Shown: positions 53,525 through 61,538 of the stretch, piece by piece | Layout: every line of letters starts with the position of its first letter | Numbering within the stretch: position 1 is the stretch's first letter | Assembly: GCA_011390155.1 (NCBI GenBank) | Contig: JAABSW010000001.1 | Coordinates: 58,953-122,952, forward strand | Direction: 5' to 3' | Source: Clostridiaceae bacterium | Lineage (GTDB): Bacteria > Bacillota > Clostridia > Peptostreptococcales > Tindalliaceae | DNA: 64,000 nt | Program-made: the position numbers and the translations under genes | The notes under the pieces: generated by a model | Seen by the model: the letters and a program-made list of their open reading frames with translations, nothing else | Databases searched by the model: none | Told to the model about the DNA's origin: nothing

Positions 53525-56500
53525 ATGAACGTCAAAAGACTAATCGCCATGTTGCTGATAATCATGCTGGTGATGACATCAGGTATTACTTCCTTTGCGT
53601 TATGTGAAAAAGAGGATGGTGGAGGTTGTAAAACTGGCTGGAAAACCCGAGACTTGGTGATCCAACAGAAAGACCCAAAGACAAAAACAATCAACGAAAT
53701 CGTGCCAGGCATTGTATACTTGAAAGATACACGCTCAAAATTCAAGATGGAAATGATCATGGAAGAGGGATGGTACATTGCAGAAACCCGTATTTTTGTG
53801 GGATCTGAACCACCGCCTCTAGATGAAGAAGGAAATCCGGAATTAGATGCTTTTACAGTCAGGGAAAAGTTCACACAGCCAGTGGGTACATACGAACTGG
53901 CCATAGATCTGAAGGACGTTATGGAAAACCGGAATACTGACCCATGCGAAGATGAACTGTTAGTAAGTCCGGAAATGGTTGATGAAGAACTAATGAATAC
54001 TTTTGACGTATTTTCTGATGAGGAGTTTGAGGAAGTACCGGCAGTAATTGATCCGGATGCAACCATGGAAGAATTATCTGAAGAAATACCCATGGAAACG
54101 GAAGAAAATGTGATTGAAACTTCCTTTGTGCATCCCACGAAACCAGACTTTGTACATCCCACAAAATCAAGCGAAGGAATGAATACGGCGATAAATGTGG
54201 AAACAGAAAAGGAAGATGAACCTGAAGCGTTGGAAGACGCTCTAGGGGACCAGCCGGAAGAACAGGACATAAATTTGGAGCAGGAATATAAAAGCCTTGA
54301 ATCAGAAGGGGATGAAACACAGGACCTGACCATGGATTTGTTAGAATCAATGGAGGCTGAAATCGTTGAAATGGAAAGTGGTAAACGTTTTGCTGGCCGT
54401 GACGAGCTTAATGTCGTCATATTTGTAAGATTGAGAAGCACCGGCGATAAGGGGCAGACCCTAAACGAGGTTGCCTGGGCCTATGGTGATGAAATGGGTC
54501 TTGACACCTTTTCTTTTATTGAAGGGGAAACCGGTGTGTATATGATTTATGCTTTGGATACTGAGAATGACATGTTTCGCAAGAACGTGTCCAAAAACCC
54601 TGATTTTGAAACCACCAAAGCCAAAATCGAGTTGTTGCCCTTCTATGTGACGGCACGAAAGGCCAACAAGGAACCCGTCACCCTCCTTTACGATACCATC
54701 GATGCCATGGACGAGTATGGCAATGTAACCGAAACTGTAACCGAAGAAAGAACCCAGGTTAAACCCCTGGTGGCGGTGTATGCTGAGGAAATGCCCGGGG
54801 ATGAGACTTTGTACCCGGACATTTATACCGGAGAGTTGACCAACAGGGCATCAGATATTTTTGCTGCCGTCTCCCTGGATGAAGGGAATTCCTGGAAACG
54901 GACCAACCTCTCCAGGGCTGCTGACCGATCTTCCTTTACTTTGGGTGATGCCAGTTTGTACCCGGGCTTTGAATTTCCTGGTGAGGTTAAAAAACCCAAC
55001 GTGAAGGTGAATGGCAACAACATCCTGGTGGCTTGGACCAGTAAGTACGCTAGAAGTGGCAGCCCTACCTACTCCCTGCCTGAAGATCACACTTACTATG
55101 AGGATGACATCTGGGGCGTTGGCGGAGCACAGCGCTCAAAGGACTATACCAACGTGGAAGCTGGCTTTCCAGGTATTGAAATTCCTTACAGCGTGGTGTG
55201 GACTTGCCGTGGCTTTATCAAAGCAGACGGTACCATCGTATGGATGAAGCCTGAACGACTCACCTCTGGACGTCGTGACGCCGAGCAGGTGGCTGTGGCT
55301 GCTTCTGCCAAGGGATTTGCCGTGGTGTGGCAGGAAGACCCGGACGGTCTGCGGCCTGGTGATGGAGCAGGACCGGGCCATGGTTGGAGTGGCGCCACCA
55401 CTAACCACAAGACTGACATTTGGTACAGTTATATTCTAAAGGAAGATTTCCAGACAATTGATGATAGTTTTGTGCCAAAAGGAGAACCTGAGGATGAGGA
55501 GAAAGGCGATGGAAGACCCAAAGCACTTGTTCCCATGAAGCTCCCTGTCAGAATCACAGACAATGACACGTTAAACAGCAACAACATGAAACGCATTGAC
55601 GAAGATAAGCTGGAAGCACTTAATGGAGATTATGCCTCAATAATTAATGAAAAGTATCCTGATGCTGATCCTGAGAAGTTGTTCATCTATCACAAAAGCG
55701 ATTTGTTGCCTTTGGAAGAACTGCCAGCAGAAAACGAAATCGGCACCCTGTCATGCGACGATGATGAATGTGGCGGTGGCGGTGGAGAAGGCATTGGCAG
55801 TGGTGACGGAGACGGCTCTCACCGATATGGTTTGGAGCTGGAAAATCTGCTGTGGCGCTATGATGTGCCTGAGAGTGATCCCTACATCCTTTTCTATGAA
55901 AATGTGAACAACCAGGGCGTCACCAAATACGTTGCCATTACTGCCGACGGTGTTCTTCTTGATGGCAATACTGGTGCATCCCGCTGCAACATCATGATCC
56001 AGGGCGACTGGGCCATTATTGGCTATGAAGAATCCAAGGGCACAGGCACCGGCCCTCCGGAGGATGAGGATGCCTGTTGCGAAGATGACATCAGCATATT
56101 GGGCACTGGAGAAGGCACCGGGGATGGAACAGGCAGCAGTCGCTACTACCCGGACAGAGGCAAGAACTTTGTCTATCACAGCTGGAAATTCACTAATCCT
56201 GACACGGTGGCTGCCGGCGATGTTGTAAATCCACAAGAGTTAGAACCTGTGAATCCTTTACTGGGCCCCGAAGGTGGATTACAGTTGTCCTGGCTGCGTG
56301 AAGGGTACGTTGATGAGAACGGTGAGACTGTTTATGAAAATTTCATGTTGGATTGGAAGGGTGAACTTATGCCCAACTATGAAAACGCTCGTCGCCCCAG
56401 GTTCATCATCCAGCCTAAGTCAAATGCAATAAAATATAAAGACCCCGATGAAAAAAGCACAGTAATGGTAAGTGTCTTTAAGCAGGGAACTGAAGGCAGA

Positions 56501-58732
56501 GGTCGTCCGGCAGATGTGATGATGGTTCGCTGGGAAACGAGTGAAAATGACATAGGTAATCCATACCGGTTTAATAACCTAGCGATGAGGTATGATTCTC
56601 TGTACGATGAAGTAGGAGGGCAAGTTGTAGATTGGCAGAATTTGAGTAGCGTGACTCCCGAAGAATTTGTTGTCGAAACAACAACAAAAGGTGAAGAATA
56701 TACCCGCATCTACAACTGGGAACAGACGGTGGATAATTTGGATGACTTTACCTGGGAAGAGCCTGGCATCAATGCCAGGGCACACCGTGGCTTTATCCGG
56801 GGAGATTTCCTGGCCATTGCCTATGTGTTCACCCCCAACTGGCGCCAGGCCCGCAACGGCCACGACATCTATAACACCTACATTCGTCGGTCCTTTGACG
56901 GTGGCCAGACCTGGACAACAGATCCAGATGGAAGTGGCATCACCCAGCAGGAAATTATGAAAGATTTAGAAGGCACCAGGTACGTTGACGAAACCTTTAT
57001 ACCTGCAGGTGATTACCAGCCGGCACGCAACGTATCACTGAACAAGAACAACAAAGTTATCACCATTGAACCCCGTCTGGTAGGCGTACCTGGATCCACG
57101 TTAACCGGAGGCGTAACCTTATTCCCCCAAGACATTCAAGATACCAGCGCTTTCTGGATGACTTATGGCACTGAAACCACAGTGCGAAAAGATGCTGACG
57201 GAAACTTGACAGGCGGCGACCCGGCGGACATTTTCTACAGTTTTAGCACCGACAGGGGCGAAACTTTTGGCAACATAGAAATGGATTATTTAAAGGATGA
57301 CAAAGAAACCATGTTAGACGGTTTCGAATCCTGGGATTGGATGGCCAAGGACAGGGGCGGCATCCTACGTGAACAGGCAGAATCGCAGATCAGAATGACC
57401 CCGGACGGTTCAGTCTTCTACGCCATTTGGAATGAAGCCAGTGAAGAAGGCAGTGACGCCATCTTCAGACGCATCCTACGCAAGAACCAGGTGGGAGATA
57501 TTTACAGCATAGAGATTAAAGCAGAAGAGGCTGAATACACTGTCAATGTTTCCGCCGACCCAGCCGAGGCAGGAACTGTGGCAGGCGGTGGAATGTTCAG
57601 GTATGGCAGCCAGACAACCGTCACTGCTGAAGTATACGGTGACCAGCCCTATACCTTTGTCAACTGGACGGAGAGTGACGAGGAAGTTTCTCAAGAGGCT
57701 TATTACACCTTTACGGTGAAAGACAACCGTGACCTTGTGGCCAACTTTATCATGGCAGGGGCTCACACACTAAGCCTTGAGGCACAACCACCAGAAGGAG
57801 GCACTGTCAGTGGAGGCGGCCAGTACAACAAGGATGAGGTAGTTAGTGTGACGGCAACCTCTAATGAGGGTTGGGTCTTCAATGGATGGACTGATGGAAA
57901 CGGAGATACAATCAGTAAGGAACCCATCTTTAGTTACACTATGCCGGCGGAAGACATCACCCTGACAGCCAACTTTGAAGCGTTGGTTCCTGGCACATAC
58001 ACCCTGTCAATGGCCGCTAGTCCTGCAGATGCCGGAACAGCAACAGACACAACGAACAGTGGACCATACCCAGCAGAAACAATTGTCAACATCGAGGCTA
58101 TAGCGGTAGAAGGCTATGAGTTTGATTCTTGGTCAGCGACAGCAGGCGCCTTTAGTGACCCCAACGCTGCCAGCACCACCTTCACCATGACTGCCGAAAA
58201 TGTAACGGTTACCGCCAACTTTAAGTCAACTGTAATACAGCCAGTCACTTATGAATTGACAGTCATGGCCAACCCTTCAGAAGGTGGAACAGCGACAGAT
58301 GAAACTGGCACGGGGCCCTATGAAGCAGGAGAAGTGGTGGACATTGTGGCGACAGCAGGAGACGGTTATGAATTTGACGGATGGACAACAACTGCAGGCA
58401 TCTTGAGCGACCCCAGCGCGGCCAGTACCACCTTAACAATGCCGGCACAAGCAGTAACAGTTACCGCCAACTTCAAAGCTATTGAAGACCCAAACCCCGA
58501 ATTCTTCACACTAACCGTCACAGCCAACCCTGAAGGGGGGAACACGGTAACCGGTGGCGGCACCTATGAAGCAGGTACAGAAGTGGAAGTAACCGCGACA
58601 GCGAAGAAACCCTTTGTCTTCGATCACTGGTCAATTGACGGAAAATGGGTGTCCAGTGAGCCAAACTACCGCATCACAGTAAACGGAGACATGACCATTG
58701 TGGCAAACTTTGTGTCCAACCCGAAGCAGTAA
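53525..58732 (+). CDS. Giant secreted protein (1735 aa): N-terminal domain split by an acidic low-complexity insert, BNR/Asp-box propeller-like core, five C-terminal InlB-B-repeat-type domains
   Basis: RBS AAGGAGGG, then MNVKRLIAMLLIIMLVMTSGITSFA (signal peptide). Asp-boxes SLDEGNSW (54871), SFDGGQTW (56891) and STDRGETF (57245). Five repeats of about 75-80 aa of the form Y/F-T-L-(S/T)-V...G-(W/Y)-x-F-(D/N)-x-W...(T/I)-(A/V)-N-F span 57536-58729. Confidence 0.8.
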   Translation: MNVKRLIAMLLIIMLVMTSGITSFALCEKEDGGGCKTGWKTRDLVIQQKDPKTKTINEIVPGIVYLKDTRSKFKMEMIMEEGWYIAETRIFVGSEPPPLDEEGNPELDAFTVREKFTQPVGTYELAIDLKDVMENRNTDPCEDELLVSPEMVDEELMNTFDVFSDEEFEEVPAVIDPDATMEELSEEIPMETEENVIETSFVHPTKPDFVHPTKSSEGMNTAINVETEKEDEPEALEDALGDQPEEQDINLEQEYKSLESEGDETQDLTMDLLESMEAEIVEMESGKRFAGRDELNVVIFVRLRSTGDKGQTLNEVAWAYGDEMGLDTFSFIEGETGVYMIYALDTENDMFRKNVSKNPDFETTKAKIELLPFYVTARKANKEPVTLLYDTIDAMDEYGNVTETVTEERTQVKPLVAVYAEEMPGDETLYPDIYTGELTNRASDIFAAVSLDEGNSWKRTNLSRAADRSSFTLGDASLYPGFEFPGEVKKPNVKVNGNNILVAWTSKYARSGSPTYSLPEDHTYYEDDIWGVGGAQRSKDYTNVEAGFPGIEIPYSVVWTCRGFIKADGTIVWMKPERLTSGRRDAEQVAVAASAKGFAVVWQEDPDGLRPGDGAGPGHGWSGATTNHKTDIWYSYILKEDFQTIDDSFVPKGEPEDEEKGDGRPKALVPMKLPVRITDNDTLNSNNMKRIDEDKLEALNGDYASIINEKYPDADPEKLFIYHKSDLLPLEELPAENEIGTLSCDDDECGGGGGEGIGSGDGDGSHRYGLELENLLWRYDVPESDPYILFYENVNNQGVTKYVAITADGVLLDGNTGASRCNIMIQGDWAIIGYEESKGTGTGPPEDEDACCEDDISILGTGEGTGDGTGSSRYYPDRGKNFVYHSWKFTNPDTVAAGDVVNPQELEPVNPLLGPEGGLQLSWLREGYVDENGETVYENFMLDWKGELMPNYENARRPRFIIQPKSNAIKYKDPDEKSTVMVSVFKQGTEGRGRPADVMMVRWETSENDIGNPYRFNNLAMRYDSLYDEVGGQVVDWQNLSSVTPEEFVVETTTKGEEYTRIYNWEQTVDNLDDFTWEEPGINARAHRGFIRGDFLAIAYVFTPNWRQARNGHDIYNTYIRRSFDGGQTWTTDPDGSGITQQEIMKDLEGTRYVDETFIPAGDYQPARNVSLNKNNKVITIEPRLVGVPGSTLTGGVTLFPQDIQDTSAFWMTYGTETTVRKDADGNLTGGDPADIFYSFSTDRGETFGNIEMDYLKDDKETMLDGFESWDWMAKDRGGILREQAESQIRMTPDGSVFYAIWNEASEEGSDAIFRRILRKNQVGDIYSIEIKAEEAEYTVNVSADPAEAGTVAGGGMFRYGSQTTVTAEVYGDQPYTFVNWTESDEEVSQEAYYTFTVKDNRDLVANFIMAGAHTLSLEAQPPEGGTVSGGGQYNKDEVVSVTATSNEGWVFNGWTDGNGDTISKEPIFSYTMPAEDITLTANFEALVPGTYTLSMAASPADAGTATDTTNSGPYPAETIVNIEAIAVEGYEFDSWSATAGAFSDPNAASTTFTMTAENVTVTANFKSTVIQPVTYELTVMANPSEGGTATDETGTGPYEAGEVVDIVATAGDGYEFDGWTTTAGILSDPSAASTTLTMPAQAVTVTANFKAIEDPNPEFFTLTVTANPEGGNTVTGGGTYEAGTEVEVTATAKKPFVFDHWSIDGKWVSSEPNYRITVNGDMTIVANFVSNPKQ

Positions 58733-58797
58733 GCTTTGACAACGTGCAAACGACAGCAATGGATCATAGAAATTAGCAACAGGCTTAATTGCTTGTC

Positions 58798-58826
58798 GGG
58801 GTTGCCTGACAGTGTCAGGCAACCCC
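58798..58826 (+). other. Perfect 13-bp GC-rich hairpin without a U-tract, downstream of the giant gene
   Basis: GGGGTTGCCTGAC-AGT-GTCAGGCAACCCC. Confidence 0.5.
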
Positions 58827-58911
58827 CCATAACTCTGCAGATGCAGATGCCAGAGAAAGCAGAAAGAAAATAAGTGATGGAACACTGTGGCTGTAGAAAG
58901 GGATGTAAACC

Positions 58912-59517
58912 ATGAAAAAGCAGGTGTTCATGTTGATATTGATTGTGTCATTGATCATGGCAAGTATTAGTGGTGTATCCGCCCAGAACCAGGGGGAAGA
59001 CCCGTCAAAGCCTGCCATTGGGGCGTCGGCAGAGGCCGGAGATGGTGTCCCCAACCGACTGGAAGTTAATGAGGGGGAAGGCCCTTTTGGGCCTCCCGAA
59101 TTCAGCGAAGGACTCAACAGGCTGGGAATTAGGCACACAGTGATGGAAAGGAACAGAATTCTCATCAACGATCGTCCCCTGGACTGTGAACTGCCGCCGG
59201 TGATCATCGACGGCAGGGTACTGGTGCCTGCCAGGGCCACCTGTATTGCCCTTGACGCTGATGTGGTGTGGGATCAGGATAACCGGACCATCACCATTAC
59301 CCGGGATGACCTGGAGGTGGTCATTGTCATTGATGAAGAGATCATCACGGTAAACGGAGAACCCTTCGACATTGATATTCCGGCGCAGATTTTCAGCAAC
59401 CGCACCTTTATTCCAGTTAAGTTTATTGCAGAAGCCCTGGGAGATGAAGTGGAGTGGGATCCCCAGGCAAGGGAAGTGCACATACACAGGGGGCAGAGTA
59501 ACAAAACCAATTACTAA
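58912..59517 (+). CDS. Secreted copper-amine-oxidase-N-like stalk-domain protein
   Basis: Signal peptide, then IDGRVLVPARATCIALDADVVWD and SNRTFIPVKFIAEALGDEVEWD repeats. Confidence 0.75.
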   Translation: MKKQVFMLILIVSLIMASISGVSAQNQGEDPSKPAIGASAEAGDGVPNRLEVNEGEGPFGPPEFSEGLNRLGIRHTVMERNRILINDRPLDCELPPVIIDGRVLVPARATCIALDADVVWDQDNRTITITRDDLEVVIVIDEEIITVNGEPFDIDIPAQIFSNRTFIPVKFIAEALGDEVEWDPQAREVHIHRGQSNKTNY

Positions 59518-59545
59518 AGATTCCATGACACAGCACAACACATAA

Positions 59546-59587
59546 CACAACGCCTTTGGCAGGCGTTAACCCTCCAAAGGCGTTGTG
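59546..59587. terminator. Bidirectional hairpin between convergent genes
   Basis: 14-bp stem CACAACGCCTTTGG / CCAAAGGCGTTGTG. An alternative inner hairpin is AACGCCT/AGGCGTT. Confidence 0.6.
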
Positions 59588-59598
59588 AAACTTGTGAT

Positions 59599-60516
59599 CT
59601 ATTTTATTAATAGTTCGAATACATCGGGCCGGGAATAATGGCCGCAGACATCAAAGTCCAATCGGCTTCTGGTGATGGCCCCCAGGTCCAGGTCAGCGTA
59701 GAGAATTTTTTCTTCGCCGAAGATTGGTCCAGCCACGTAGTTTCCGAAGGGGTCGATGATAGCGCTGCCTCCGGGGCACATGATGTCAGGCTGGGATTCC
59801 AGTTCGTGGTAACCATTCAGGTCGGTGGGCACCATGCTCTTTTCAACGTACTGGTTGCAGGACAGTACGTAACAGCGGCCTTCAAGAGCAACATGACGCA
59901 TGGTACACTGCCAGGCTTCCCGGGAATCAGCCGTGGGAGCCACATAAATTTTGACGCCTTTTTGGTACATGGCGGTGCGTGCCAGGGGCATGTAATTTTC
60001 CCAACAGATGAGGCCTCCCAGGGTACCATAGGGCGTGTCCACCACCGTCAGGGTGTTGCTGTCACCTTCCCCCCAAAGCAGCCGCTCAGAACCGGTGGGT
60101 TTCAGCTTGCGATGCTTACCCAGCAATTTTCCATCTGGGCCAAAGTACAAGTTGGTACAATAGAGTGAGGTGTTGCCAGGATCACGTTCGTTAACGCCGA
60201 TGGTCACATAGGCCTGTGCTTCCCTGGCAGCTTCACCGATGATGTCAGTATCGGTGCTGGGTACCAACACTGAATTGTCATAGAAACGCTGCCAGTCATA
60301 GCGGCCTTCCATGGTGCGGCTTCCCACAACACACCCAAAGGATAACCCCCTGGGATAAGCTGGGATAAAAGCTTCAGGAAAGACGATGATTTTTGCTCCC
60401 TGGGAAGCGGCTTCTTGGATAAGCGAAACGGTTTTCTCGATGGTGGCATCTTTGTTCATGAGCACAGGTGATGCCTGAACGACTGCCACACTAACTGTTT
60501 GAGGTTGACGGTCCAT
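59599..60516 (-). CDS. Nitrilase / carbon-nitrogen hydrolase
   Basis: Glu-Lys-Cys triad context: VFPEAFIP, HRKLKPTGSER and GGLICWENYMP. Start set at the ATG at 60516, 6 nt after GGAGGG. Confidence 0.85.
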   Translation of the reverse strand: MDRQPQTVSVAVVQASPVLMNKDATIEKTVSLIQEAASQGAKIIVFPEAFIPAYPRGLSFGCVVGSRTMEGRYDWQRFYDNSVLVPSTDTDIIGEAAREAQAYVTIGVNERDPGNTSLYCTNLYFGPDGKLLGKHRKLKPTGSERLLWGEGDSNTLTVVDTPYGTLGGLICWENYMPLARTAMYQKGVKIYVAPTADSREAWQCTMRHVALEGRCYVLSCNQYVEKSMVPTDLNGYHELESQPDIMCPGGSAIIDPFGNYVAGPIFGEEKILYADLDLGAITRSRLDFDVCGHYSRPDVFELLIK

Positions 60517-60727
60517 GTACATCCCTCCATATTTGTTAATTGCTTTACAATGATCAATTCTATGGTATGCCTGGTGACAGTGTATGTCAAGGGATAACAT
60601 ATTGTCGTGATAAGACATTATCGATAGCAGCTGATTCTTGCCAACCAGTTACGAAATACCTGAGAAGTTATTTCAAATGATAAGCCTCTCATCCATGTTG
60701 ATCATGTAACATGGATAGAGGCTTACT

Positions 60728-61009
60728 TTATCGGCTAATATTATTTTTCTGTGTTTTTTCAACAGCCTCCTGAATGAGGGCAGGCATGGTGAAAATGGAT
60801 GGGACCCTTCCTTGGACAATGGTCTCACCATTTACCGTCAACACAGGCATCTGGTCAAAGTTTTGTCTGTTGATTTCCATTGGACTGCAGACTAAATGCA
60901 CAGACGCCTTGAGACCAAGACGTTTCACTGCCTCATCAACGATGGGCTTCATTTTGCTGAAACCTCATCCGATGTCTTCATAGATGACGATTTCCACTGG
61001 TGTGGTCAT
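60728..61009 (-). CDS. Thioredoxin-fold 'redox-active disulfide protein 2'-like selenoprotein (UxxS); TGA 60965-60967 read as Sec
   Basis: The track ORF (60728..60952) starts at an internal Met with no RBS. Extending upstream in frame gives MTTPVEIVIYEDIG-U-GFSKMKPIVDEAVKRLG... with RBS GAGGGGTG 5 nt before the ATG at 61009. U aligns with the first Cys of the family's GCxxC. A 7-bp hairpin lies directly 3' of the UGA (60945-60964). Confidence 0.65.
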
Positions 61010-61013
61010 TCAT

Positions 61014-61526
61014 TCACCCCTCTTTCTTTCCATTGGCAACCAGTATAGCGGAGGCTCCCCTGTCCACAGCAATCATACCTGTACGAACCAGTTCCTTGAT
61101 GCCAAAGTCCCGGAGCATTTCCTCCAAGGCAGCCAATTTTTTACTATCTCCAGTCACCTGGATGGTGACGGAGTTTTTCGTGATATCAACTACTTTTTCA
61201 CGGAAGATGTTAACGATCTCAACAATTTCGTTGCGGGTTGAGGGGGTTGCGTGTACCTTGATTAAAGCAAGTTCCCGTGCGATGGACTCATCACTAATGT
61301 TGGAAACTTTGATGACATCAATGAGTTTATTCAGTTGTTTGGAAATCTGTTCCAGTATATATTCATCGCCGTCAGCAACGATGGTAATGCGAGAGACCTC
61401 CGGGTCTTCCGTGACACCTACTGCAAGGCTGTGAATGTTGAATCCTCTTCGGCTGAACAGCCCCACCACTTTGGATAAGACGCTGGGTTTGTTTTCCACC
61501 AGGATCGCCAGTATGTGTTTTTTCAT
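61014..61526 (-). CDS. ilvN: Acetolactate synthase small (regulatory, ACT-domain) subunit
   Basis: HILAILVENKPSVLSKVVGLFSRRGFNIHSLAVG... 170 aa, directly downstream of ilvB. Confidence 0.9.
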   Translation of the reverse strand: MKKHILAILVENKPSVLSKVVGLFSRRGFNIHSLAVGVTEDPEVSRITIVADGDEYILEQISKQLNKLIDVIKVSNISDESIARELALIKVHATPSTRNEIVEIVNIFREKVVDITKNSVTIQVTGDSKKLAALEEMLRDFGIKELVRTGMIAVDRGASAILVANGKKEG

Positions 61527-61538
61527 GGTTTCACTCCT

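Noticed and set aside
53497-54441. 314-aa minus-strand ORF (plus 53919..54350), antisense to the start of the giant gene
   Set aside because: It is Ser-rich low-complexity sequence that mirrors the acidic Glu/Asp-rich insert on the plus strand. It has no RBS and lies wholly inside a much better-supported gene.
57536-58729. Tandemly repeated DNA that might be taken for a CRISPR array or satellite
   Set aside because: The repeats are about 230 nt long, diverged at the nucleotide level, in frame, and encode five protein domains. There are no short identical repeats with unique spacers, and no cas genes are in the window.
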